Shown here: positions 1-10,592 of the stretch, piece by piece
How positions within the stretch are numbered: position 1 is the stretch's first letter
How the letters are laid out: the number at the start of each line of letters is the position of its first letter
Origin: Escherichia coli 042
GTDB taxonomy: Bacteria > Pseudomonadota > Gammaproteobacteria > Enterobacterales > Enterobacteriaceae
DNA length: 64,000 nt
NCBI RefSeq assembly: GCF_000027125.1
Contig: NC_017626.1
Direction: 5' to 3' (one strand)
Notes under the pieces: model-generated
The model's input: the letters and a program-made list of their open reading frames with translations, nothing else
The model's database searches: none
Told to the model about the DNA's origin: nothing
Made by a program: the position numbers and the translations under genes

Positions 1-1645
1 CATTTGCCACAAAATATCTTGCCGTGCTCCTCGGCAACGCTTCTTGCCCGCGAATCATATCCGCTATTTTCTCGCCAATCATAATCGTCGTGGCGTTCAA
101 ATTGCCGGTGATAATCTGCGGCATAATCGACGCATCCACCACACGCAGGCCTTCTAACCCGTGTACGCGGCCTTCGGCGTCAACCACTGCCATCTCGTCA
201 TAACCCATTTTGCAGGTACCGCACGGATGAAACGCGGTTTCGGCGTGGTTACGCACGAACTCATCGAGCTGCTCATCCGTCTGACATTCCGTGCCGGGGC
301 TGATTTCGCGGCCACGGTATTGATCCAGCGCGGGTTGATGCATGATCTCGCGGGTGATGCGAATTGCGTCGCGGAACTCCTGCCAGTCCTGCTCGTGCGA
401 CATGTAGTTAAACAGAATCGCTGGATGCTGGTGCGGGTCGCGGGATTTAATCCGCACATGCCCACGGCTTGGCGAGCGCATCGAGCCGACGTGGCACTGG
501 AAGCCGTGCTCTTTCACTGCATTCGAGCCGTTATAGTTAATCGCCACTGGCAGGAAATGGTACTGAATATTCGGCCACGCAAATTCCTCACGGCTGCGAA
601 TAAATCCGCCTGCTTCAAAGTGGTTGCTGGCACCAACGCCGGTGCCGCCAAACAGCCACTCCGCACCGATTTTCGGCTGATTCCACCACTGCAGGGCAGG
701 GTAGAGGGAAACCGGTTCTTTGCACTCATATTGCAGATACATCTCCAGGTGATCCTGAAGATTTTCGCCGACGCCAGGTAATTCATGCACCAGCGGAATA
801 TCAAACTCCGCCAGCAGTCCAGCGTTGCCGACGCCGGAGCGTTGCAGGATCTGCGGTGAAGCAATCGCGCCTGCACATAACAGCACTTCTTTATTCGCCG
901 CCGCGCGGGTCGGAATGGTGCTGTCGCCTTCCAGCCACTCGACGCCCACCGCGCGTTTGCCGTCAAAAATGATGTGATCGGTCATGGCGTGAGTACGAAT
1001 GGTCAGGTTAGGGCGCGATTTGGCCTGATCGAGATAGCCACGCGCGGTGCTGGCGCGACGGCCATGCGGCGTGACGGTGCGATCCATCGGGCCAAAACCT
1101 TCCTGCTGATAGCCGTTGAGATCGTCCGTGCGCGGGTAGCCCGCCTGCACGCCCGCTTCAATCATCGCTTCAAACAGCGGATTGACGCCGGGTTTGGAGG
1201 TGGTGACGCTCACCGGGCCATCACCGCCGTGGTAGTCGTTCTCGCCCACATCGCGAGTCTCGGCCTTGCGATAGTAGGGCAGACAGTCGAGGTAGCTCCA
1301 GTTCTCCAGACCGGGTTCTTGCGCCCAGTTATCAAGATCCAGCGCGTTACCACGGATGTAACACATGCCGTTGATCAGTGATGACCCGCCAAGCCCCTTA
1401 CCGCGTCCGCACTCCATGCGACGGTTATTCATAAACGGTTCGGGCTCCGTTTCATAGGCCCAGTTGTAGCGTTTACCCTGTAGCGGGAATGCCAGCGCGG
1501 CGGGCATCTGGGTGCGGAAGTCAAAGCGATAGTCCGGGCCGCCTGCTTCAAGCAGCAGCACGGTTGTGTTCGGATCTTCAGTCAGACGGGTAGCGAGGAC
1601 GTTGCCGGCTGAGCCGGCACCAATAATGATGTAGTCAAATTGCAA
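1..1645 (-). CDS. betA: choline dehydrogenase BetA, 3' end runs off the left edge of the window
   Basis: Reverse-strand translation from 1645 reads (M)[14 protein letters not shown] (FAD-binding GxGxxG) and the window edge reads ...[20 protein letters not shown], matching the BetA C-terminus; first codon is TTG with GGAGG 5 nt upstream; absent from the ORF track because the stop lies outside the window. Confidence 0.9.
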   Translation of the reverse strand, partial: MQFDYIIIGAGSAGNVLATRLTEDPNTTVLLLEAGGPDYRFDFRTQMPAALAFPLQGKRYNWAYETEPEPFMNNRRMECGRGKGLGGSSLINGMCYIRGNALDLDNWAQEPGLENWSYLDCLPYYRKAETRDVGENDYHGGDGPVSVTTSKPGVNPLFEAMIEAGVQAGYPRTDDLNGYQQEGFGPMDRTVTPHGRRASTARGYLDQAKSRPNLTIRTHAMTDHIIFDGKRAVGVEWLEGDSTIPTRAAANKEVLLCAGAIASPQILQRSGVGNAGLLAEFDIPLVHELPGVGENLQDHLEMYLQYECKEPVSLYPALQWWNQPKIGAEWLFGGTGVGASNHFEAGGFIRSREEFAWPNIQYHFLPVAINYNGSNAVKEHGFQCHVGSMRSPSRGHVRIKSRDPHQHPAILFNYMSHEQDWQEFRDAIRITREIMHQPALDQYRGREISPGTECQTDEQLDEFVRNHAETAFHPCGTCKMGYDEMAVVDAEGRVHGLEGLRVVDASIMPQIITGNLNATTIMIGEKIADMIRGQEALPRSTARYFVAN

Positions 1646-1658
1646 ATAAACCTCCTGG

Positions 1659-3131
1659 TTAGAATATGGACTGGAATTTAGCCATCTCAACCTGGATGGA
1701 CTTCACCTGGGTGTAACTCTGGAGCGTCATCACGCCGTTCTCGCGACCAATGCCGGAGTGTTTGTAGCCGCCAACGGGCATCTCAGCAGGGGATTCGCCC
1801 CAGGTGTTGATCCAGCAAATACCCGCTTCCAGCTGATGAATGACGCGATGCGCGCGGTTCAGGTCCGCCGTCACGATGCCCGCCGCCAGGCCGTAGTCGG
1901 TATCATTGGCGCGGCGAATCACTTCGTCCTCAGATTCATAAGTGAGAAGCGACATCACCGGACCGAAGATCTCTTCGCGCACGATAGTCATTTCGTCGCG
2001 GCAATCGGTGAACACGGTCGGTGCAACCCATGCGCCGTTATCGAAGCCATCGCCTTTCAGTACATCGCCGCCGCACAGTACGCGCGCGCCTTCCTCTTTG
2101 CCTTTGGCGATATAGCGCAGCACGTTATCGCGATGCGGGAAGCTGACCAGCGGGCCGAAGTTAGTTTGCGGATCGAAAACGTCGCCCGCGCGAATGCGCT
2201 CAACGCGCGCCAGAATCTTTTGTTCAAATGTGGCTTTGCATTTCGCCGGAACGAAGACGCGGGTGCCATTGGTACACACCTGACCGGAGCTGAAGAAGTT
2301 CGCCATCATGGCGATATCAGCGGCGAGATCGAGATCTGCATCGTCGAAAACGATCAGCGGTGATTTACCGCCCAGCTCCATGGTCACTTCTTTCAGGGAG
2401 GAAGCCGCCGAATTAGCCATCACTTTTTTGCCGCTGGCGACACCGCCGGTAAATGACACTTTGGCAATGCCCGGATGCTCGGTCAGATACTGCCCGGTTT
2501 CCGCACCTACGCCCGGCAGCACGTTAAATACGCCGTCCGGCAGGCCCGCTTCGCTGTAAATTTCGGCCAGCTTTAACGCGGTAAGCGGGGTGACTTCGCT
2601 CGGTTTGAAAATCATCGCGTTGCCTGCCGCCAGCGCCGGTGCGGATTTCCACAAGGCAATCTGGATCGGGTAGTTCCATGCGCCAATCCCTGCCACTACG
2701 CCCAGCGGTTCGCGGCGAGTATAAACAAATGACGTCTCACGCAATGGGATCTGGCTGCCTTCCAGCGACGGGATCAGCCCGGCGTAGTACTCGAGCACGT
2801 CCGCGCCGGTAACGATATCGACGGTTGAGGTTTCCGAATACGCTTTTCCGGTGTCGAGGGTTTCCAGTTTTGCGAGTTCGTCATTGCGTTCACGCAGAAT
2901 ATCAACGGCCCGACGCAGAATACGCGAGCGTTCCATAGCGGTCATCGCTGCCCAGATTTTTTGCCCCTGTTGGGCACTCTTCACGGCGCGATCGACATCC
3001 TCACGCCCGGCGGCCTGCACGGTCGCCAGCACGTTACCGTTGGCCGGGTTAATGGTCTCGAAGGTGCGACCGCTGGTGGCGGAGGTATAACCACCATGTA
3101 TATAAAGCTGCTGTTCTGCCATTCGGGACAT
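1659..3131 (-). CDS. betB: betaine aldehyde dehydrogenase
   Basis: 491-aa ORF in track; aldehyde dehydrogenase family sequence; start set at the second codon ([17 protein letters not shown]) rather than the upstream GTG. Confidence 0.93.
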   Translation of the reverse strand: MSRMAEQQLYIHGGYTSATSGRTFETINPANGNVLATVQAAGREDVDRAVKSAQQGQKIWAAMTAMERSRILRRAVDILRERNDELAKLETLDTGKAYSETSTVDIVTGADVLEYYAGLIPSLEGSQIPLRETSFVYTRREPLGVVAGIGAWNYPIQIALWKSAPALAAGNAMIFKPSEVTPLTALKLAEIYSEAGLPDGVFNVLPGVGAETGQYLTEHPGIAKVSFTGGVASGKKVMANSAASSLKEVTMELGGKSPLIVFDDADLDLAADIAMMANFFSSGQVCTNGTRVFVPAKCKATFEQKILARVERIRAGDVFDPQTNFGPLVSFPHRDNVLRYIAKGKEEGARVLCGGDVLKGDGFDNGAWVAPTVFTDCRDEMTIVREEIFGPVMSLLTYESEDEVIRRANDTDYGLAAGIVTADLNRAHRVIHQLEAGICWINTWGESPAEMPVGGYKHSGIGRENGVMTLQSYTQVKSIQVEMAKFQSIF

Positions 3132-3144
3132 CACGTCTCCTCGG

Positions 3145-3732
3145 TTAATCGGTGGGTAAATGCTGAGAAATAAAGTGACGGGTCAGCGAGTGTGCGAGAG
3201 GTTTATCCAGCGGTTTGCCGCTCAGTGCCGCGCGCAGCCATAATCCGTCAATCAGCGCGGCAAGTCCGTAGCCCGCTTCCTGCGCCTGTTGGCGCGGTAA
3301 CTCGCGGCGAAATTCGCTCACCAGATTCGACAATAAGCGGCGGCTGCTCACCTGCTGCAAACGGTAAAGCATCGGCTGATGCATACTGCTGGCCCAGAAC
3401 GCCAGCCAGGCTTTCATCGCAGCATTACTGACCTGAGTCTCATCGAAATTCCCGTCAACAATCGCCTGTAATCGCTGCTCTGCACTGCCCTGCGGAAGTG
3501 CATGTAATCGATTCAAAACCGCGTCACGCAGCTGAGTGGTGATATCGCGCATGGTTGCTTCCAGCAGACCATTTTTGTCCCTGAAATAGTGGCTGATGAT
3601 CCCCGTAGAAACGCCTGCACGGCGGGCGATCTGCGCGATCGTTGCATCGTGCATGCCCACTTCATTTATTGCTTCCAGCGTGGCGTCGATCAGTTGTCTG
3701 CGCCGGATCGACTGCATCCCCAATTTGGGCAT
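3145..3732 (-). CDS. betI: TetR-family repressor of the bet regulon
   Basis: ORF 3145..3750; conserved N-terminus [22 protein letters not shown] places the start at 3732; TetR-type HTH. Confidence 0.9.
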   Translation of the reverse strand: MPKLGMQSIRRRQLIDATLEAINEVGMHDATIAQIARRAGVSTGIISHYFRDKNGLLEATMRDITTQLRDAVLNRLHALPQGSAEQRLQAIVDGNFDETQVSNAAMKAWLAFWASSMHQPMLYRLQQVSSRRLLSNLVSEFRRELPRQQAQEAGYGLAALIDGLWLRAALSGKPLDKPLAHSLTRHFISQHLPTD

Positions 3733-3860
3733 TTTCGCCACTCCATTCATCAGCGTTGTTTATCTATTAAAGCGGTTATTGATTGGACGTTCAATATAAA
3801 ATGTGTCTTAATTGTTACGAATTTGATTTTAAATGGTAACAATAACAGTGGGGATACTGG
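3733..3860. promoter_or_regulatory. divergent betI / betT control region
   Basis: 128-bp AT-rich spacer between divergently oriented betI and betT; individual operator sites not resolved by eye. Confidence 0.5.
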
Positions 3861-5894
3861 ATGACAGACCTTTCACACAGCAGGGAAAAGGACAAAATCA
3901 ATCCGGTGGTGTTTTACACTTCCGCCGGACTGATTTTGTTGTTTTCCCTGACAACGATCCTGTTTCGCGACTTCTCGGCCCTGTGGATTGGCCGCACGCT
4001 GGACTGGGTTTCTAAAACCTTCGGTTGGTACTATCTGCTGGCGGCAACGCTCTATATTGTCTTTGTGGTCTGCATCGCTTGTTCGCGTTTTGGTTCGGTG
4101 AAGCTCGGGCCTGAACAATCCAAACCGGAATTTAGCCTGCTGAGCTGGGCGGCGATGCTGTTTGCTGCCGGGATCGGTATCGACCTGATGTTCTTCTCCG
4201 TAGCCGAACCGGTAACGCAGTATATGCAGCCGCCGGAAGGCGCGGGTCAGACGATTGAGGCCGCGCGTCAGGCGATGGTCTGGACGCTGTTTCACTACGG
4301 CTTAACCGGCTGGTCGATGTATGCGCTGATGGGCATGGCGCTCGGATACTTTAGCTATCGTTATAATTTGCCGCTCACCATCCGCTCAGCGTTGTACCCG
4401 ATCTTCGGTAAACGGATTAATGGGCCGATTGGTCATTCAGTGGATATTGCAGCGGTGATCGGCACCATCTTCGGTATTGCCACTACGCTCGGTATCGGTG
4501 TGGTGCAGCTTAACTATGGCTTGAGCGTACTGTTTGATATTCCTGATTCAATGGCGGCGAAAGCGGCACTGATCGCCTTGTCGGTGATCATCGCAACGAT
4601 CTCTGTCACCTCCGGTGTCGATAAGGGCATTCGCGTGTTATCGGAACTCAACGTTGCGCTGGCGCTGGGGTTGATCCTGTTCGTGCTGTTTATGGGCGAC
4701 ACCTCGTTCCTGCTTAATGCGCTGGTGCTGAACGTTGGCGACTATGTGAATCGCTTTATGGGAATGACGCTCAACAGTTTTGCCTTCGACCGTCCGGTTG
4801 AGTGGATGAATAACTGGACGCTCTTCTTCTGGGCATGGTGGGTGGCATGGTCGCCGTTTGTCGGCCTGTTTCTGGCGCGTATCTCGCGCGGGCGCACCAT
4901 TCGCCAGTTCGTGCTGGGCACGTTGATTATTCCGTTTACCTTCACGCTGTTATGGCTCTCGGTATTCGGCAATAGCGCGCTGTATGAAATCATCCACGGC
5001 GGCGCGGCATTTGCCGAGGAAGCGATGGTCCATCCGGAGCGCGGCTTCTACAGCCTGCTGGCGCAGTATCCGGCGTTTACCTTTAGCGCCTCCGTCGCCA
5101 CCATTACTGGCCTGCTGTTTTATGTGACCTCGGCGGACTCCGGTGCGCTGGTGCTGGGGAATTTCACCTCGCAGCTTAAAGATATCAACAGCGACGCCCC
5201 CGGCTGGCTGCGCGTCTTCTGGTCGGTGGCGATTGGCCTGCTGACGCTTGGCATGCTGATGACCAACGGGATATCCGCGCTGCAAAACACCACGGTGATT
5301 ATGGGGCTGCCGTTCAGCTTTGTGATCTTCTTCGTGATGGCGGGGTTGTATAAATCTCTGAAGGTAGAAGATTACCGCCGTGAAAGTGCCAACCGCGATA
5401 CCGCACCGCGACCGCTGGGGCTTCAGGATCGCCTGAGCTGGAAAAAACGTCTCTCGCGCCTGATGAATTATCCGGGCACGCGTTACACTAAACAGATGAT
5501 GGAGACGGTCTGTTACCCGGCAATGGAAGAAGTGGCGCAGGAGCTGCGGTTGCGCGGCGCGTACGTGGAGCTAAAAAGCCTGCCGCCGGAAGAGGGACAA
5601 CAGTTGGGGCATCTGGATTTGTTGGTGCATATGGGCGAAGAGCAAAACTTTGTCTATCAGATTTGGCCGCAGCAATATTCGGTGCCGGGCTTTACCTACC
5701 GCGCACGTAGCGGTAAATCGACCTACTACCGGCTGGAAACCTTCCTGTTAGAAGGCAGCCAGGGCAACGACCTGATGGACTACAGCAAAGAGCAGGTGAT
5801 CACCGATATTCTCGACCAGTACGAGCGGCACCTTAACTTTATCCATCTCCATCGTGAAGCGCCGGGCCATAGCGTGATGTTCCCGGACGCGTGA
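3861..5894 (+). CDS. betT: choline transporter (BCCT family)
   Basis: 677-aa ORF starting MTDLSHSREKDKINPVVFYTSAGLILLF, polytopic membrane protein. Confidence 0.93.
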   Translation: MTDLSHSREKDKINPVVFYTSAGLILLFSLTTILFRDFSALWIGRTLDWVSKTFGWYYLLAATLYIVFVVCIACSRFGSVKLGPEQSKPEFSLLSWAAMLFAAGIGIDLMFFSVAEPVTQYMQPPEGAGQTIEAARQAMVWTLFHYGLTGWSMYALMGMALGYFSYRYNLPLTIRSALYPIFGKRINGPIGHSVDIAAVIGTIFGIATTLGIGVVQLNYGLSVLFDIPDSMAAKAALIALSVIIATISVTSGVDKGIRVLSELNVALALGLILFVLFMGDTSFLLNALVLNVGDYVNRFMGMTLNSFAFDRPVEWMNNWTLFFWAWWVAWSPFVGLFLARISRGRTIRQFVLGTLIIPFTFTLLWLSVFGNSALYEIIHGGAAFAEEAMVHPERGFYSLLAQYPAFTFSASVATITGLLFYVTSADSGALVLGNFTSQLKDINSDAPGWLRVFWSVAIGLLTLGMLMTNGISALQNTTVIMGLPFSFVIFFVMAGLYKSLKVEDYRRESANRDTAPRPLGLQDRLSWKKRLSRLMNYPGTRYTKQMMETVCYPAMEEVAQELRLRGAYVELKSLPPEEGQQLGHLDLLVHMGEEQNFVYQIWPQQYSVPGFTYRARSGKSTYYRLETFLLEGSQGNDLMDYSKEQVITDILDQYERHLNFIHLHREAPGHSVMFPDA

Positions 5895-5910
5895 TTGTTA
5901 TTGCATAAAA

Positions 5911-5936
5911 CCGCGCCATGTCTGCATATGGCGCGG
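5911..5936 (+). terminator. candidate betT terminator hairpin
   Basis: ccgcgccat / atggcgcgg inverted repeat directly after the betT stop; weak U-tract. Confidence 0.35.
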
Positions 5937-6467
5937 GAATCATTGACTCGCTGTAAAAAATTATGCATATATTATATATGATTGTCATGTCATATCCTGC
6001 AATTCCTCTTGTATCACTTCATGATTTTATATTTTATTAATTAACGATTTTATTTTGTATTAGCTGAATGGATTCAGTCCTATAGAGTTATATATTTATT
6101 AATAAGACGATTCTTATATTTTGATACCTAATAAGAGTTACCACTTTTACCGGCTGTATATTAAATGTATTTCTCTTGCTTTTGTTTATATTTTGAGTTG
6201 ATTTGAGTTCCTGGATACATATAATGCGCAGGTATTAGAGACTGGGGGGGAATGTAATGATAAAGTTAAGAGTGTTAACTTAAAATAAGTTTTCAGTAGT
6301 AACTTGCTATTTTATTACCCTCTGAACTACATACTCAGATATGTGGTTGCCAATGCTATGCAAAATTTTTGAATTTTTATATGCGATGAACAGTAACCGG
6401 AATGGCATTTAATGCGTTGCTGTTTATGCAATCTTGGTTTTATTTGGATGTATTGCTGGAGATTGTG

Positions 6468-9400
6468 ATGAATAAAATATATCGGCTAAAGTGGAACAGG
6501 TCCCGTAACTGTTGGAGCGTCTGCTCGGAGCTGGGGAGTAGAGTAAAAGGAAAAAAGTCCCGGGCTGTTTTAATTAGCGCGATAAGTTTATATTCATCTC
6601 TGGCACTGTCTAAAGATGTCGCTGTAAGTGAAGATTACACAGCTGTATTCGGTAAAGATAACCAGACTATTGATTACCGTATTTCAGTGACCGACAATGC
6701 CAATCTGGTAATCGATGCGACAGATTCTTCTCGTCCACGTCTGACTCTCGCGTCTGGTGGTGGGCTGGATATCACTGGAGGGAAGGTGCATATCAATGGC
6801 TCGCTTAACTTTTTGTTAAAAGGGACGGGGTTTCTGAACGTCGCCAATGCTGGCAGCGAGTTATATGCTGATGATTTATATGAGTCTTACTCTAATATTA
6901 CCCACGATAGAGGCTATTTTAATGTCTCCAACGGCGGCAAAATCCATGTTAAGGGCACCAGCCGTCTGACCTATTTGCAGGGAAATGTCAGCGGTGAAGG
7001 CAGCCAGGTAAATTCTAAAACCTTCTTTATGGGCGTTTACGGCAGTTACGGTGGCAATCAGTATCTGTCAGTTAATAACGGCGGTGAAGTTAATGCCAGT
7101 GAAAAAATTAGCCTAGGCTATTATGATCAAGTCTCCGATACAACACTTGCTGTTTCGGAAGGTGGTAAAATTTATGCGCCGACTATTAGTTTAAGCACCA
7201 ACTCTGAGTTAGCGTTAGGGGCACAGGAAGGAAGTGCTGCGAAGGCAGCAGGGATTATTGATGCCGAAAAAATTGAGTTTGTGTGGGCAAAGACATCCGA
7301 TAAGAAAATCACCTTAAATCACACGGATAAAAACGCGACTATTTCCGCGGATATTGTCAGTGGCAGCGAGGGCCTGGGCTATATCAATGCGCTCAATGGC
7401 ACGACTTACTTAACCGGGGATAACTCCGCCTTTAGCGGTAAAGTCAAAATTGAGCAAAATGGCGCTTTAGGGATCACCCAAAATATAGGTACAGCAGAAA
7501 TCACCAACCGCGGGAAATTACACCTGAAGGCTGACGATAGCATGACCTTTGCCAATAAGATTTCTGGCAACGGTACAATAAGTATCGACAGTGGGACAGT
7601 GACGCTGACTGGCAATAACTATGCATTCAGCGGATATATTGATGTCGCTTCTGGTGCTGTCGCGGTTATTTCTGAAGACAAGAACATCGGCCGTGCAGAA
7701 CTGGATGTTGATGGCAAATTGCAAATTAATGCCAACAAAGATTGGGTATTTGATAACGATCTTGAAGGTAGAGGCATTGTTGAAATAAACATGGGGAATC
7801 ACGAATTCTCCTTCGATGAGTTTGCCTATACAGACTGGTTCCAGGGTTCACTGGCGTTCCAGAACACGACATTTAACCTGGAAAAGAATGCTGAGTTTCT
7901 GCAGAGAGGCGGGATCACTGCGGGTCAGGGAAGCCAGGTAACAGTGGGTAAGGGCGCTCACTCCATTAGCACTTTGGGATTCTCCGGCGGAACGGTTGAT
8001 TTTGGTGCCCTGGCAGCTGGTGCACAGATGACAGAAGGGACAGTCAACGTTAGTAAAACGCTGGATTTGCGTGGCGAGGGTGTGATTCAGGTTTCTGACA
8101 GTGACGTTGTCCGCTCTGTATCTCGTGATATTGACTCTGCGTTATCGCTCACTGAAGTCGATGATGGTAACAGCACCATTAAGTTGGTTGATGCGCAAGG
8201 TGCGGAAGTTCTGGGCGATGCGGGCAATCTGCAATTGCAGGATAAAAATGGACAAATCTTCTCCAGCAGCGCCCAACGTGATATTCAGCAGAATGGGCAA
8301 AAAGCGGCCGTCGGCACTTACGACTATCGTCTGACGAGTGGGGTAAACAATGACGGTCTGTATATCGGTTACGGCCTGACCCAGCTTGAATTGCAGGCTA
8401 CCGACAGTGATGCCCTGGTGCTGAGTGCCAACGGTAAAAGCGAGAATGCCGCCGATCTTAGTGCAAAGATTACCGGCAGTGGTGACCTGGCCTTCAGCAG
8501 CCAGAAAGGTCAGACCGTATCGCTTTCTAACAAAGACAACGACTATACCGGTATTACCGATCTGCGCAGCGGGACGCTTTTGTTGAATAACGATAACGTG
8601 TTGGGTAATACCCATGAACTGCGTCTGGCGGCAGAGACTGAACTGGATATGAATGGTCACAGCCAGATCGTGGGCACGCTCAATGGCAGCGCCGATTCAC
8701 TGCTGAGCTTGAACGGCGGGAGTCTGACGGTTACCAACGGGGGCACTTCAACCGGTTCGTTAACGGGGAGCGGAGAGCTGAATATTCAGGGCGGCACGCT
8801 GGACATCGCGGGCGATAACAGCAACCTGACGGCGAATGTGAACATTGCTAATTCGGCTAATGTCCTGGTAAGTCATGCGCAGGGATTGGGTAGCGCAAAC
8901 GTTGAGAACAACGGTACCCTGGCGTTGAATAATAGCGCTGAAAAAAGAGCGGCTGCGTCTGTGAATTACACCCTGGGCGGCAATCTGACCAACAACGGTA
9001 CGCTGATGACCGGAATGTCAGGACAGCAAGCTGGCAATATGTTAGTGGTGAAGGGGAACTACCACGGTAATAACGGTCAACTAGTAATGAATACGGTACT
9101 GAATGGCGATGACTCAGTAACCGATAAATTGGTTGTCGAGGGCGATACTAGCGGCACGACTGCCGTTACGGTGAATAACGCTGGCGGTACAGGTGCGAAA
9201 ACCCTTAACGGTATCGAACTTATCCATGTTGACGGTAAGTCTGAGGGCGAATTCGTTCAGGCTGGGCGTATCGTTGCGGGGGCATATGACTACACTCTCG
9301 CGCGTGGACAAGGGGCAAATAGTGGTAACTGGTATCTGACCAGCGGCAGTGATTCTCCTGAACTGCAGCCGGAGCCAGACCCGATGCCGAATCCGGAGCC

Positions 9401-10451
9401 AAACCCGAATCCAGAGCCGAACCCTAACCCGACACCTACGCCGGGTCCGGATCTGAATGTGGATAATGACCTGCGACCGGAGGCGGGTAGCTACATTGCG
9501 AACCTTGCAGCAGCGAATACCATGTTCACCACGCGTCTGCATGAGCGTCTGGGTAATACGTACTATACCGACATGGTGACGGGTGAGCAGAAACAAACCA
9601 CTATGTGGATGCGCCATGAAGGTGGTCATAATAAATGGCGTGATGGCAGCGGCCAGCTGAAAACCCAAAGCAATCGCTATGTTCTGCAACTGGGAGGCGA
9701 TATCGCGCAGTGGAGCCAAAACGGCAGCGACAGCTGGCATGTTGGGGTCATGGCGGGATATGGCAACAGCGACAGCAAAACCATTTCCTCGCGAACTGGT
9801 TATCGTGCTAAAGCGAGTGTGAACGGATATAGCACAGGCCTCTATGCCACCTGGTATGCCGATGACGAGTCGCGTAATGGCGCGTATCTCGACAGTTGGG
9901 CGCAGTACAGCTGGTTTGATAACACAGTGAAAGGTGATGATTTACAAAGTGAATCCTATAAATCAAAAGGATTTACCGCTTCACTGGAAGCTGGATACAA
10001 ACACAAATTAGCTGAATTTAATGGCAGCCAGGGAACGCGTAATGAATGGTATGTTCAGCCGCAAGCACAGGTTACCTGGATGGGAGTCAAAGCCGATAAG
10101 CACCGCGAAAACAATGGAACCCTCGTTCATAGCAACGGTGATGGCAATGTTCAAACCCGACTTGGCGTAAAAACCTGGCTGAAGAGCCACCATAAAATGG
10201 ATGACGGTAAATCCCGCGAGTTCCAGCCGTTTGTAGAAGTGAACTGGCTGCATAACAGTAAGGATTTCAGCACCAGTATGGATGGCGTGTCCGTCACTCA
10301 GGATGGAGCCCGAAATATTGCTGAGATAAAAACCGGGGTGGAAGGACAGCTAAATGCCAACCTGAATGTCTGGGGGAATGTGGGCGTTCAGGTTGCCGAT
10401 AGGGGATATAATGACACCTCTGCAATGGTTGGCATTAAGTGGCAATTCTGA
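6468..10451 (+). CDS. ehaA: AIDA-I-type (type Va) autotransporter adhesin, 1327 aa, EhaA-like
   Basis: ORF 6402..10451; start set at ATG 6468 (MNKIYRLKWNRSRNCWSVCSELG... extended autotransporter signal peptide) with GGAGA 6 nt upstream; repetitive Gly/Thr/Asn-rich passenger; Pro-rich PEPDPMPNPEPNPNPEPNPNPTPTPGP linker; C-terminal beta-barrel ending ...GIKWQF. Gene symbol is from memory of the EHEC autotransporter at this locus and is uncertain. Confidence 0.8.
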   Translation: MNKIYRLKWNRSRNCWSVCSELGSRVKGKKSRAVLISAISLYSSLALSKDVAVSEDYTAVFGKDNQTIDYRISVTDNANLVIDATDSSRPRLTLASGGGLDITGGKVHINGSLNFLLKGTGFLNVANAGSELYADDLYESYSNITHDRGYFNVSNGGKIHVKGTSRLTYLQGNVSGEGSQVNSKTFFMGVYGSYGGNQYLSVNNGGEVNASEKISLGYYDQVSDTTLAVSEGGKIYAPTISLSTNSELALGAQEGSAAKAAGIIDAEKIEFVWAKTSDKKITLNHTDKNATISADIVSGSEGLGYINALNGTTYLTGDNSAFSGKVKIEQNGALGITQNIGTAEITNRGKLHLKADDSMTFANKISGNGTISIDSGTVTLTGNNYAFSGYIDVASGAVAVISEDKNIGRAELDVDGKLQINANKDWVFDNDLEGRGIVEINMGNHEFSFDEFAYTDWFQGSLAFQNTTFNLEKNAEFLQRGGITAGQGSQVTVGKGAHSISTLGFSGGTVDFGALAAGAQMTEGTVNVSKTLDLRGEGVIQVSDSDVVRSVSRDIDSALSLTEVDDGNSTIKLVDAQGAEVLGDAGNLQLQDKNGQIFSSSAQRDIQQNGQKAAVGTYDYRLTSGVNNDGLYIGYGLTQLELQATDSDALVLSANGKSENAADLSAKITGSGDLAFSSQKGQTVSLSNKDNDYTGITDLRSGTLLLNNDNVLGNTHELRLAAETELDMNGHSQIVGTLNGSADSLLSLNGGSLTVTNGGTSTGSLTGSGELNIQGGTLDIAGDNSNLTANVNIANSANVLVSHAQGLGSANVENNGTLALNNSAEKRAAASVNYTLGGNLTNNGTLMTGMSGQQAGNMLVVKGNYHGNNGQLVMNTVLNGDDSVTDKLVVEGDTSGTTAVTVNNAGGTGAKTLNGIELIHVDGKSEGEFVQAGRIVAGAYDYTLARGQGANSGNWYLTSGSDSPELQPEPDPMPNPEPNPNPEPNPNPTPTPGPDLNVDNDLRPEAGSYIANLAAANTMFTTRLHERLGNTYYTDMVTGEQKQTTMWMRHEGGHNKWRDGSGQLKTQSNRYVLQLGGDIAQWSQNGSDSWHVGVMAGYGNSDSKTISSRTGYRAKASVNGYSTGLYATWYADDESRNGAYLDSWAQYSWFDNTVKGDDLQSESYKSKGFTASLEAGYKHKLAEFNGSQGTRNEWYVQPQAQVTWMGVKADKHRENNGTLVHSNGDGNVQTRLGVKTWLKSHHKMDDGKSREFQPFVEVNWLHNSKDFSTSMDGVSVTQDGARNIAEIKTGVEGQLNANLNVWGNVGVQVADRGYNDTSAMVGIKWQF

Positions 10452-10473
10452 TCTGAATAATGAGTAAAAGGAG

Positions 10474-10515
10474 AGAGAGCCGAACGGGAGATAATTCGGC
10501 TCTCTGTGTCATTTT
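10474..10515 (+). terminator. rho-independent terminator after the autotransporter gene
   Basis: agagagccgaa / ttcggctctct 11-bp stem with 10-nt loop, followed by a T-rich stretch (gtgtcattttctt). Confidence 0.6.
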
Positions 10516-10592
10516 CTTGCAGCCAGCTTTATCAGTCAGAGTGAAGACTCGCAGATTTAGCTGGCGCACAAGATTTAATCAAGGTGTGTTCA

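Noticed and set aside
161-1381. Forward-strand ORFs of 206 and 135 aa at the left end
   Set aside because: They are antisense to the conserved betA reading frame, which accounts for the region.
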